From contig CAYJPD010000001.1 in the NCBI GenBank assembly GCA_964371975.1, forward strand, positions 6,685 to 70,684: 64,000 bases of DNA. The letters are read 5' to 3'. The notes under the pieces were generated by a model that saw only the letters and a list, made by a program, of their open reading frames with translations, searched no databases and had not been told where the DNA came from. Source of the DNA: an uncultured Bacteroides sp. GTDB taxonomy: Bacteria; Bacillota; Clostridia; Oscillospirales; Ruminococcaceae. The translations under genes and the position numbers were made by a program. Every line of letters starts with the position of its first letter. Position 1 is the first letter of the stretch. Shown in pieces: positions 51,262 to 60,635 of this stretch.

Positions 51262-52674
51262 TTACAAATGATCTTTGTACGGTATAATTTTTACTATAGG
51301 AGTGTTTGTTAATTCTGCAAATTCTAAGAATGCGCTTTCGCCTATTCCCGCGCTAACTACTAAGTGATGTTCTACACCTTCACGCATCATAGTATTTACA
51401 ACATCAAGCAATTTTGCGTCTTCTGCATCTTTTTTCAAATTACCTACCCAGCCTCGTGTTCCGTCGTAGGCATCTTTTGCTTTTATAAATTCACCACTGA
51501 AACTGAAAACTAATTTTCCATCATCAGTAAGCCTACTCACAACTACATCCTGCGGTTTAAAGTTGTAATCGTAAGAGAGTCCAAATTTAGGTGCGTTTTC
51601 ATTTTTGCGATTCATCATCGGATGATAAATAATTTTAACATCTTCTTTTTTAGGTGCTAAATCGCAACTACCAATGCCGCAATGCCATAATAATATAGCA
51701 TTTTCTTCCTCATCTACGGCTGCCACGTCCATAACTGTTGCAATATTATTGCTTGCAGCAGTTGCAAGTAATAAGCTTACTGCGGCGCCTACGTCTCCCT
51801 CGCACGCAACGGGTATTTTATCAAAAGTTCCAAGCATTGTAAAAGGCACACATGGAACTATGTTAAACTCGTCTTGAAAATCAGGCCAACAAGCTGCTGC
51901 CAAGGAACTAACTTCATTTATTTCGCAAAAATGTTTTAAGCTTAAATAAGCTTTTGCTCCGTTAATTAAGCTTTCTCTATCAACACAGCACTCAGATGCA
52001 GTGCTTAATATCAAATCGCAAGCTTCGTCTATCTCCTTTTGCTCAAGTGATTTCGCATAACTCGCAAGCTCTTTAACCGTCCCTTTAACAAACTTAATTC
52101 CAAATTTATCACTATAGTGCTTACCGTTTGTTTCAAGGTTGTAAAAACCGGGTGCAGCATCGCCTATAAAACCTATTTTTGCATTTTTTAATGCTTTTAT
52201 TGCGCGCAATGCTCCAAGTGTAGCCTCAAAACGTTTTTTGAATATTTCGCTATTTGCTTCACCGTAAAACCATTTACATTTAACATTGTTATAGCATCTT
52301 TTGGAAACGCTTGCATATAAGTTCATGGAAACAAAGCTATGTAGCTTAATATCGCCGTTTTGCGTTGGCTCTGCAACAGCCCAAACGCCTATTGGACATG
52401 GATAATTCTCAAGCGCCTTGCTAATTTCTCCTACAGAAAAGCCGGAATGTTGTACAAGCAAATAATCTGCATTTTGAGCTTTAAAACTTTCCAATGTTTT
52501 TTTTGCTTGCATCTCGGTTTTCACAGGCTCACTTTTTAGCACTTCAAAATTAAGTTGCGCTGCAAGCTGTTCTAATTTTTGGACTTGATTATTATAAACA
52601 TCATATTCTTTTGCATAATAAACATCGTTATCAATTCCTAAAACCGCTATTTTGATTTTATCCATTGTGTGCAT
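51262..52674 (-). CDS. L-fucose/L-arabinose isomerase-family protein
   Basis: CWPDFQ, PC, ACEGD, MD, WHCG, EHH. Confidence 0.82.
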   Translation of the reverse strand: MHTMDKIKIAVLGIDNDVYYAKEYDVYNNQVQKLEQLAAQLNFEVLKSEPVKTEMQAKKTLESFKAQNADYLLVQHSGFSVGEISKALENYPCPIGVWAVAEPTQNGDIKLHSFVSMNLYASVSKRCYNNVKCKWFYGEANSEIFKKRFEATLGALRAIKALKNAKIGFIGDAAPGFYNLETNGKHYSDKFGIKFVKGTVKELASYAKSLEQKEIDEACDLILSTASECCVDRESLINGAKAYLSLKHFCEINEVSSLAAACWPDFQDEFNIVPCVPFTMLGTFDKIPVACEGDVGAAVSLLLATAASNNIATVMDVAAVDEEENAILLWHCGIGSCDLAPKKEDVKIIYHPMMNRKNENAPKFGLSYDYNFKPQDVVVSRLTDDGKLVFSFSGEFIKAKDAYDGTRGWVGNLKKDAEDAKLLDVVNTMMREGVEHHLVVSAGIGESAFLEFAELTNTPIVKIIPYKDHL

Positions 52675-52691
52675 ACCTCCGAGTTAACTTT

Positions 52692-53678
52692 TTAAAAAAG
52701 CGTACTATCTGCAGGTGCGTCAAACAGTTCAACCGTTTGTTCATCAGCCTTGCAAAGCGCTAAGGCAAAGCCCGCAGATTCTTGTGTTGTAACATATGTG
52801 CCAACCCAATTTCGAACAACGTTTATGCCTCTTTCACGCAGTTCACGCTCTATATCATAGAATAAAATCATAAGTTCCATTCTTGTTGTTGCGCCTGCAT
52901 TATTTATTAGCACCATAACATCGTCACCACTAACAAAAGGCTTATCCTCACATAATTTCTCAACTAAATATGCACTTATTTCTTTTGAAGTGGGCATTTT
53001 CATTCTGCCGCTTCCTTTTTCGCCGTGCACACCCATTCCAACTTCTATTTCATCGTCCGGCAAAACAGACATTGGCAAACCTGTTTCAGGATGAGTTCCG
53101 CCACTGACGGCAACGCTCAATGTTCTGGTGTTGTCTCTCACTTTTTCAGCAAGAGCTATAAGCTCGTCTATTCCCATGCCCGCCTCAGCAGCAGCGCACA
53201 CAATTTTAAAGGCAAAAAACAGACCTGCTGTTCCTCTTCTATCACTCTCTTTACCCTTTGGCGCACTTGCTACATCGTCCCAAAGCACCACCATGCGCAC
53301 ATCTATATCTTCCGCCTTCGCTAAAACCAATGCCATTTTTGCATTGAATATATCGCCTGAATGTGAGGATACAAGCAGTAGAACAGGCATACCGTTATGC
53401 ACTGCTTTTATACCTTCCATCATAGCTATAGGCGAGGGCGCTGTAAAAATATGCCCACAGATATTGGCATCGAACAAGCCTTTACCAACAAGGTCAATCA
53501 TTGCGGGCTCGTGTCCGCTTCCGTTAGAAATTAGCACCGGAATTTTGCTGTTTTCTTTAGGCTGTTTGCGGCAAAGCACATTTGTGCCTTGCAGTTTTAC
53601 CCTGTTAGGAAAGGCAGCTACATAACCCTTTAGCATATCTGTTACAAGGTTAGACTTATCGTTCATAAATTTTTTCAT
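52692..53678 (-). CDS. dhaK: Dihydroxyacetone kinase-family K subunit
   Basis: GSGHEPA, IFTAPS, GD..N, DDVAS, RRGTAG, GMGVHGE. Confidence 0.9.
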   Translation of the reverse strand: MKKFMNDKSNLVTDMLKGYVAAFPNRVKLQGTNVLCRKQPKENSKIPVLISNGSGHEPAMIDLVGKGLFDANICGHIFTAPSPIAMMEGIKAVHNGMPVLLLVSSHSGDIFNAKMALVLAKAEDIDVRMVVLWDDVASAPKGKESDRRGTAGLFFAFKIVCAAAEAGMGIDELIALAEKVRDNTRTLSVAVSGGTHPETGLPMSVLPDDEIEVGMGVHGEKGSGRMKMPTSKEISAYLVEKLCEDKPFVSGDDVMVLINNAGATTRMELMILFYDIERELRERGINVVRNWVGTYVTTQESAGFALALCKADEQTVELFDAPADSTLF

Positions 53679-53830
53679 ATTATGATATCCTTTCACCTTA
53701 TCTTTGCGAAACATTAGCTGTTTTTTCAGTTTGTATTTTTGATTGCTTACTATTAGGAATTATTGCAAATTTTTCGCTGGTTGCTACTACATGTTTCGCT
53801 GTTTGCACCGCATATTTGTAAAATAAATTT

Positions 53831-54883
53831 TTATAAATTATCGTCTTGCGGCACTGTCCAAAGGCTTTCTTTTATCAGGCTTAATTTTATGTTTTCGCCC
53901 ACTTTATATTGCGCTGCCGGGTCTGCTGAAACATGGAATTCACTATTTTTTTCATCATCAATTTCAACAATATAGCGTACATTTGTACCCATAAATATAC
54001 GAGATTTAATTTTGCCGTTTATGCTGTTAGGCCCGTCTTTTATCTCAAAGCCTTCATTGCGAATAACAATATATACATCTTCGTTTCTATCTTCAACATG
54101 ATCTAATGTAAATGTACCATATTTACACTGAACTTCTTTGCCTTTTTGTGTTGCTTTTATGAAGTTATTACAACCGAAGAATATAGCAACTCGTTTAGTT
54201 TTCGGGCGGCTGTAAAACGCTTCTGGTGCATCGTATTGTTGCAAGCAGCCGTCGAGCATAAGCGCAATTTTATCCGCAAGCATAACTGCCTCTTCTTGGT
54301 CATGCGTAACGAATATGCTTGTAACGCCTAAATCTCTTTGTATTGATAAAATAAGCTCACGCATCTCTATGCGAAGTGCCGCATCAAGCGCTGAGAGTGG
54401 CTCGTCTAATAAAAGCAGACGAGGGTTGATGACAAGGCCGCGCGCAAGGGAAATGCGTTGCTCTTGTCCACCCGAAATTTGCGTTACACGGCGTTTTTCA
54501 TAGCCTGCAAGATGCACTAATTCAAGCATTTTTGTAACACGCACTTTTATTTTATCTTTTGGAACTTTGCGCATTTTAAGCCCAAATGCAACATTATCGA
54601 AAACTGACATGTGCGGAAATAAAAGAGGTTTTTGGAAAACCATTGAAATTTCACGTTTTTCAGGCAAAGTGTCTACAATGCTCTCGCCATTGAATAAAAT
54701 ATCTCCATTTGTTGGGTCTTCAAGGCCGGCAATCATTTTCAAAGTTGTGGTTTTTCCGCAACCTGATGGCCCTAAAAAAGCTACCATTTCACCGGGGTTA
54801 ACATGTAAATTAAAATTTTTAACACTGGGGTGTGGGTTACCTGGATATTGTTTTTCTATATTTACTAAATCTAAAGCTGTCAT
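53831..54883 (-). CDS. ABC transporter ATP-binding protein (PotA-like)
   Basis: GPSGCGKTT, ISGGQEQR, LLLDEP, TOBE tail. Confidence 0.95.
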   Translation of the reverse strand: MTALDLVNIEKQYPGNPHPSVKNFNLHVNPGEMVAFLGPSGCGKTTTLKMIAGLEDPTNGDILFNGESIVDTLPEKREISMVFQKPLLFPHMSVFDNVAFGLKMRKVPKDKIKVRVTKMLELVHLAGYEKRRVTQISGGQEQRISLARGLVINPRLLLLDEPLSALDAALRIEMRELILSIQRDLGVTSIFVTHDQEEAVMLADKIALMLDGCLQQYDAPEAFYSRPKTKRVAIFFGCNNFIKATQKGKEVQCKYGTFTLDHVEDRNEDVYIVIRNEGFEIKDGPNSINGKIKSRIFMGTNVRYIVEIDDEKNSEFHVSADPAAQYKVGENIKLSLIKESLWTVPQDDNL

Positions 54884-54885
54884 TT

Positions 54886-55695
54886 TTAAGCTCCTCCTTT
54901 AGGTGATGCATTGCTACCGGATAAGTGTTTTGAAGAAAATACAAGCATGAGAAGTGCCGGTAATACAAATATAATTGAAACTGCCGCTGAAATTGGATAG
55001 TCACCGCTTCCAAGGAAAGCAAACAACAATGTGGGCAATGTTCTTACCGCCGGGCCGCCAACAATTACTGTTAGCAAATATTGTGTCCACGATACGAGGA
55101 ATGAATAAAGAGCAGCGACTACTATACCGGGCCAAATAATAGGTATTGTTATAAGGAATATACCTTTTAATTTAGAGCACCCGAGTGTTTGTGCTTGATT
55201 TTCATAGTCAATTTGATAGTCTTCAAATGTGCTTGTTAAATACATTATCATATACGGCATTGTGGGAATTAAATGTGCAATTACAACACCCCAAAATGTG
55301 TTTATAAGGCCAATTTGAATATATATAACTTGTAGGCCCATTATAACGGCAAGCCCGGGAACAATTGCAGGCAAAGTTAAAAGTGTTTCACAAAGGCTTT
55401 TGCCTTTAAACTTGTATAGCCCTAATGCACGTGATGCCGGAAAACCCACTGCAAGCGAGGCTACGGTAACTATGCTTGAAAGCCCCACACTTAAGAAAAG
55501 CGATTCTATAATCTCACCTTGAGTGAATATATATTCCCAAGCCCTAAGCCCGAAATCAGGCAATAAACTGGGGTAAGCCCAACGGAAAGAGAACGACCAA
55601 ATAATTATAGGCACAAACGGAATAAAAGTTCCAAGGATAATTGCCAAAACCGTTAATTTACGCGGTAAAGACATTTTTCTAAGTTTTTTTAACAA
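54886..55695 (-). CDS. ABC transporter permease
   Basis: Multi-TM; ENQAQTLG EAA-like loop. Confidence 0.9.
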   Translation of the reverse strand: MLKKLRKMSLPRKLTVLAIILGTFIPFVPIIIWSFSFRWAYPSLLPDFGLRAWEYIFTQGEIIESLFLSVGLSSIVTVASLAVGFPASRALGLYKFKGKSLCETLLTLPAIVPGLAVIMGLQVIYIQIGLINTFWGVVIAHLIPTMPYMIMYLTSTFEDYQIDYENQAQTLGCSKLKGIFLITIPIIWPGIVVAALYSFLVSWTQYLLTVIVGGPAVRTLPTLLFAFLGSGDYPISAAVSIIFVLPALLMLVFSSKHLSGSNASPKGGA

Positions 55696-55708
55696 TTTTC
55701 ACGCCCCC

Positions 55709-56563
55709 TTAATAACGATATTTTGAAAGTAATTTACGATATAAAACAACAACCACCATAACTACAATTGTTATAATTACAGCCATTGCCATAGCTTGCG
55801 GACGCACTGAAATATCTATATTTGAATATTTTTCGTATGCTGTTATTGCAAGTGTTCTCGGGTAAACAGAACCGAGCAAAAACGGAATTTCATAGCTTGA
55901 GAAAGCATACGCAAAACAAAGAATAGACGAAGTTGAAATTGAGGGAATCATAATTGGGAAAAGCACATACCAAAAGCGTTTCCACGGTGAAGCGCCAAGG
56001 CTTATTGCAGCATCTTCATACTGTGTGCCTGACGTTTGCAGTATTGCCAAAAGCGCAACACCCACAAACGGTGTGAATTTCCATGCCATAGAGAATATAA
56101 CGCCTAATGCTGAACTTCCGTAAATAATTTCAGGGAAATCGGCAGGGTCTGTCACAAGGCCTATGGCATTTAAAGCCCTTGAAATAAAGCCACTTTGTGT
56201 GAACATAAAAAACATTGCTATACCGCTTATTAAGTGCGGAATTGGCAGTGGAAATTGATATGTAAAAAGCGTAAAGTTTTTGCCTTTAAAGGGTTTTCTT
56301 ATTCCCATAGACAAAATTAGCGCCATCACAACAGATAGAAGCGTTGAGCCTATAGCAATGTAAAATGTGTATCCTAATGATACTAAGAATGTTGGGTCTG
56401 AGAGCAATGTAATATAAGCATCAAAATTAAAATCATATTGCCCTATAAGTGGCATATAGTTAAAACTTTGGATTAAACCCAAAAGAAAACCGCCGCCAAA
56501 AAGCCCTATTATTATTGATAGTGCCGGAGCAAGCATAAGCCATACTTTTTTATTACTAACCAT
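55709..56563 (-). CDS. ABC transporter permease
   Basis: EDAAISLGAS loop, YEIPFLLG. Confidence 0.9.
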   Translation of the reverse strand: MVSNKKVWLMLAPALSIIIGLFGGGFLLGLIQSFNYMPLIGQYDFNFDAYITLLSDPTFLVSLGYTFYIAIGSTLLSVVMALILSMGIRKPFKGKNFTLFTYQFPLPIPHLISGIAMFFMFTQSGFISRALNAIGLVTDPADFPEIIYGSSALGVIFSMAWKFTPFVGVALLAILQTSGTQYEDAAISLGASPWKRFWYVLFPIMIPSISTSSILCFAYAFSSYEIPFLLGSVYPRTLAITAYEKYSNIDISVRPQAMAMAVIITIVVMVVVVLYRKLLSKYRY

Positions 56564-56606
56564 TTTTATTCCTCCGCAGAGTAAAAATTATATTTTTTTT
56601 TACAGG

Positions 56607-56647
56607 AAACGGGAGGGGGTTGTCATTGACGATGACCCCTCCCGTTT
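56607..56647 (-). terminator. Stem-loop after the SBP gene
   Basis: AAACGGGAGGGG...CCCCTCCCGTTT. Confidence 0.75.
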
Positions 56648-56671
56648 ATATCATACTATTTTAAAGCTTTA

Positions 56672-57979
56672 TTAGCCTTGGCCTATTTCTTGTTGCCATA
56701 AAGTTTCAATGAATGGATTTAGGTAAGAGCTAACTTCAGGTGCACGTGTAGCCGCTTTATCTTCGCCTGAAACATAAGTTCCTTCGCCTAAAGTTGCTGT
56801 TGCTTCATCAAAAGCTGCAGCTTGCTCATCGCTTAAAGTTGTGAAATCAACAACGGGCGCGCCGCCTGTTAACTCAATATTTTTCGCTTGAATTGCAGGG
56901 TCTAACAAAATGTTAGCAACAACCATAGCACCGGCTTTATTTGAAGAGTTATAGCTTGTAGCAACATAGTTTGTATCAGCAATAGCTGTTTCTAAGCAAT
57001 AAACTTGAGATGTTGGAGGAATTGCGCCTGTGTCTATAGCGCCTTGTATACCCATACCGTTCATTGTGAATGAGAAATCTACTTCACTGTTGTTAAACAA
57101 AGATTCCAAATCGCTACCGGATTGTGGATATGTTGAACCTTCACGCCATAAATATGGCTCAAGCTCTTTTAAGTACTCAAATACAGGCTCCATGCTAACA
57201 GCTAAATCTTCTTGAGTTATACCTTCAACATTATATTGCTCATAGCCGCCTGTCATTTCATACATAGCGCCTTTAATGAAACGTGTTCCGATAAAATCAG
57301 GAGGTGCTAAATATGTAAAGCGACCCGGATTTGCTTTCGCCCACTCTAAAAGTTCTGCGTAATTTTTTGGTAAATCTTCTTCGCTAATGCGTTCTGAATC
57401 GTAAACCAATTGTAATTGTGCGCTCATCCATGGTGATTCTTGGCCGTTTACAGGTAAGCCCATGTCGTTTGCGATACTTGCATCTGTCCAGTCTACATGA
57501 GCTGCAGAATTCGGAAGTGTTTCCGACCAGTTCTCAAATGTAACACCGGCTTGTTGCATCATCATAAAGTTAGAGCCGTTTATCCAATAAAGGTCAACTG
57601 TGCCGCCATCATCTTTACCGGCTTGTTTTTCACCTATTGTAATATTAACTGCCTCTGTAATACTGTTAACGCCAACACGGTTAATTGATACACCGTATTT
57701 TTCTGCTTCCGCAGCCACTACATTATCAATAAAATCGTTTGTTTCTGTGCTACCACCCCACAAATACCATGTAACAGTTTGGCCTTCTGCTTCCGCAAGA
57801 ACCTCGTCCCATGTCATATTTGCAAAGTCTGTGTCAACCGTTTTGGTGCTTTCAGCAGGTTGCTCAGCCCCGCTTGTGCTTGCTACAGGTGCTTCACTGC
57901 TTTCAGGTGATGAGCAAGCAGTAAGCATCATTGCCAAGCTAAGAATTAGTGCTAAAATAACTACAATACTTTTTTTCAT
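56672..57979 (-). CDS. ABC substrate-binding lipoprotein (YnjB-like)
   Basis: Lipobox LTAC, WGG, VDLYWINGSNF, NPGRFTY.APPDF.G. Confidence 0.88.
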   Translation of the reverse strand: MKKSIVVILALILSLAMMLTACSSPESSEAPVASTSGAEQPAESTKTVDTDFANMTWDEVLAEAEGQTVTWYLWGGSTETNDFIDNVVAAEAEKYGVSINRVGVNSITEAVNITIGEKQAGKDDGGTVDLYWINGSNFMMMQQAGVTFENWSETLPNSAAHVDWTDASIANDMGLPVNGQESPWMSAQLQLVYDSERISEEDLPKNYAELLEWAKANPGRFTYLAPPDFIGTRFIKGAMYEMTGGYEQYNVEGITQEDLAVSMEPVFEYLKELEPYLWREGSTYPQSGSDLESLFNNSEVDFSFTMNGMGIQGAIDTGAIPPTSQVYCLETAIADTNYVATSYNSSNKAGAMVVANILLDPAIQAKNIELTGGAPVVDFTTLSDEQAAAFDEATATLGEGTYVSGEDKAATRAPEVSSYLNPFIETLWQQEIGQG

Positions 57980-58089
57980 AATTTTCCTCCGTGTTTTTTT
58001 TATAAAATATCACATAAACATTTTATGTGTATTTGCAAACTAAATTCTAAAATTAATGCTTAAAGTTATTTTTATGCATCATTTAAATT

Positions 58090-58276
58090 TGTATCATCTT
58101 GTATTATATTATATTGCATACTTTTGTGTTTTTCAACACATTTTTAACAAAACAATGCATTTTTGTATGTTTGCAGTACAAAAAACATCAAAAGTTATAC
58201 ACTGCTAACAATCTTGTATTTTCATAGAACAATACAAGTAATACAAGAATGATACACTTTGCAATACAAGCTTGTA
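58090..58276. promoter_or_regulatory. Cluster of AATACAAG/CTTGTATT boxes, probable GntR operators
   Basis: Copies at ~58098, 58213, 58231, 58240 and 58263 in both orientations. Confidence 0.55.
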
Positions 58277-58421
58277 AAGCAATGGACTAAATCACGTTTA
58301 TTTAACATTTCTTTTAATTATCTTTAATGCTATTAGCATATTTCGAAATTGCACTTAAACTCCCACTACAATGGTAAATCACATATTTCTTCTTACTATA
58401 TTAAGCTTATTAAAGCTTTTT

Positions 58422-59129
58422 TCAAAAAAGCAAAGTGCAACCGTTTATAGCCAAAAGAACATATGATATTTTTAAAAACAAGGCTTTGCTAACTTTTTTT
58501 TGCAAAATATTTCCAACAACAATTGCAAATGCAAGCGCAATTAAACCGAATATGCTATATTCTAAAACTTGCTGTGAAAAATATTGCAAGGACACATGCT
58601 CAATAAGTAAAACCGAATTTAAAACTACCCAAACACAAGATAATGTTGCCCTAAACGTATTTTTATCATCAAATATTTGCGCAGCATATATAACAAGCAA
58701 CGCTCCTCCCGAAACAAACAGTGCATGCATTATTCCCGCTAACAACAAAATAGTAATAGCAACCACCTTATTAACTTTAAGCTCTTTTTTCGAGAACATT
58801 TTATATATACCGAACGCTAAAATGAATATACCGTAAATTGTGAGCAATATATCTAAATTGACATGGTCGTTTATAAAATTACCAATAAGCAAGCCTATAC
58901 CCATAAAAGCGACTATGCGAATAAGTATTTTTATATCGATGCTTTTAAAATTGGAACACACCACAAACACGCTCACAATCAAGGCAAATAAATTTAAAGT
59001 CGCCCTTGCTTCATTTACGCCTATTAGTAATATTGTAGGTGGCATTGCTATCATTGTTCCCGCAAACCCTGTAATTGCTTGAATTATGTTAGAAACAAAC
59101 ACAATTAAATAAAAGAGTATATCTACCAT
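58422..59129 (-). CDS. Sulfite exporter TauE/SafE-family membrane protein
   Basis: QAITGFAG, GG, FRATL; 8 TM. Confidence 0.85.
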   Translation of the reverse strand: MVDILFYLIVFVSNIIQAITGFAGTMIAMPPTILLIGVNEARATLNLFALIVSVFVVCSNFKSIDIKILIRIVAFMGIGLLIGNFINDHVNLDILLTIYGIFILAFGIYKMFSKKELKVNKVVAITILLLAGIMHALFVSGGALLVIYAAQIFDDKNTFRATLSCVWVVLNSVLLIEHVSLQYFSQQVLEYSIFGLIALAFAIVVGNILQKKVSKALFLKISYVLLAINGCTLLF

Positions 59130-59171
59130 ATATTACCTACTTTTCATTTTTTTACTTACCTATGAATTGAG

Positions 59172-60254
59172 TTAAATTAATTCACCAAGTAAATTTGCAT
59201 TGCGCAAATTTTGTTTGTGATTTTTCACTATTATCTCACAAAGTGAAAGCGCAAGGCTTTTAAATGTAGGCCCCTCGTTAACGCTCTCCACCAGTTGTAC
59301 CCATTGCTCGGGTATGCTATCTACCGTACAAAGCGCACCGGCAACAGCGCCTGCAACACTTGCACTACTGTCGTTATCTCTTCCGAAGTTCACACACCCT
59401 ATAATGGCTTTTTCAAAGTCGCCATCCGCTAAAGCAAGAAAAGAAAAGGCAATCGCCAAGCTTTCAGCACCATCTGCAAAAAAATCTTGCACAACAGCAC
59501 TGTATAATTCTTTTTGCACAGAAAAAATATCATTGTGCCTTTTCGCTATATCTACACCTTCCAAAACAAGCTTTTCACTTTTACGCCCAACACCGTCATA
59601 CAAATACCAATTAGGAAACGCAATTCCCTCCACCTTGCTTTTATGGCATTGCACAGCGCTAAGCATATCGTCTAAAACACTTTGCATGCTTGCATTTTCT
59701 TTCATTGCCGACGAAATTGCCGCTGCTGCCATAGACGCTGCATATCTTGAATACCCCAGAGCCATAAATGACGCTTCAAAAGCATCATCATGTGCTTTTT
59801 GAACATTACAAGCATTTATAATTCCATAAGGAGCTATGCCCATAATTGCACCGTTTGTAGGCTGTCCGCCAAAAACCTCTTTGTTTTCTTTATAAATTGC
59901 TTTATAATAATACTCTTCAATAAAATCTTTCTCTAATTGGCTTTTTGCATTATAGTATTGATGTGCAAATTCAAGCGCAAGGTCCTTAGAATTTGCAACA
60001 TCACCCTTTTTTATAATCGCCTGCGCTAATATTTTCGAGAGCCTTGAATCATCGGTATATGCACCTGCACATGTTTTAAAAGGGCCATGTGCAGAAACTT
60101 GTGCAGGTGCATAATTGAGTAATGTGTTTACAATATTGTAATTGTTTTTTATGTTTTCATAAGTTAAGCCTTCTACAGGCCCTCCCATGGCATCGCCGAT
60201 TGCAGAGCCTATCAAAGCGCCATATGCTTTTTTAAACAACTTTGTATTTTCCAT
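59172..60254 (-). CDS. ADP-ribosylglycohydrolase-family protein
   Basis: GSAIGDAMGGPVE, YTDDS, TNGAIM, NFGRDNDS...GAVAGA. Confidence 0.92.
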   Translation of the reverse strand: MENTKLFKKAYGALIGSAIGDAMGGPVEGLTYENIKNNYNIVNTLLNYAPAQVSAHGPFKTCAGAYTDDSRLSKILAQAIIKKGDVANSKDLALEFAHQYYNAKSQLEKDFIEEYYYKAIYKENKEVFGGQPTNGAIMGIAPYGIINACNVQKAHDDAFEASFMALGYSRYAASMAAAAISSAMKENASMQSVLDDMLSAVQCHKSKVEGIAFPNWYLYDGVGRKSEKLVLEGVDIAKRHNDIFSVQKELYSAVVQDFFADGAESLAIAFSFLALADGDFEKAIIGCVNFGRDNDSSASVAGAVAGALCTVDSIPEQWVQLVESVNEGPTFKSLALSLCEIIVKNHKQNLRNANLLGELI

Positions 60255-60471
60255 AATTGCTCCTTCTCATTAATAATAGCTTTTTAAACAATAGATTGTG
60301 TGCAATTTGAATTTTACGTTTAACGGCTAAATATATTGAACTTGTGCATTTTAAGGTACTTTAAAAAATTCACTTCAATATTCTAAAGCGATTTCGCCTA
60401 ATATTTTTTAGTGATAATACATGCTATTTCGTTTATTTTTATCTATTATCACATTTAACATACTAAAAAAC

Positions 60472-60521
60472 AATATAGCACTAAAGATTAAATACGTCAA
60501 GTATTTAATCTTTAGTGCTAT
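60472..60521. terminator. 21-bp perfect inverted repeat downstream of truncated spoIVA, containing a minus-strand sigmaA promoter
   Basis: ATAGCACTAAAGATTAAATAC-GTCAA-GTATTTAATCTTTAGTGCTAT; minus strand TTGACG-N17-TATATT. Confidence 0.75.
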
Positions 60522-60635
60522 TAGTATTTATAATTATTTTACCCTAATCTATTTTTTCTGTTTTTTCTGAATTTTTATATAAAAAAATCAGCCCCCTACC
60601 CCACCGTCAAATATACTCCCACTTCATAAGTTTTT

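Noticed and set aside
58200..58280. CRISPR-like repeats
   Set aside because: The repeats are 8 bp, irregularly spaced and in both orientations; no cas genes.
59172..60254. ADP-ribosylglycohydrolase as an antitoxin or anti-phage component
   Set aside because: No ADP-ribosyltransferase or defence genes nearby; the context is catabolic.
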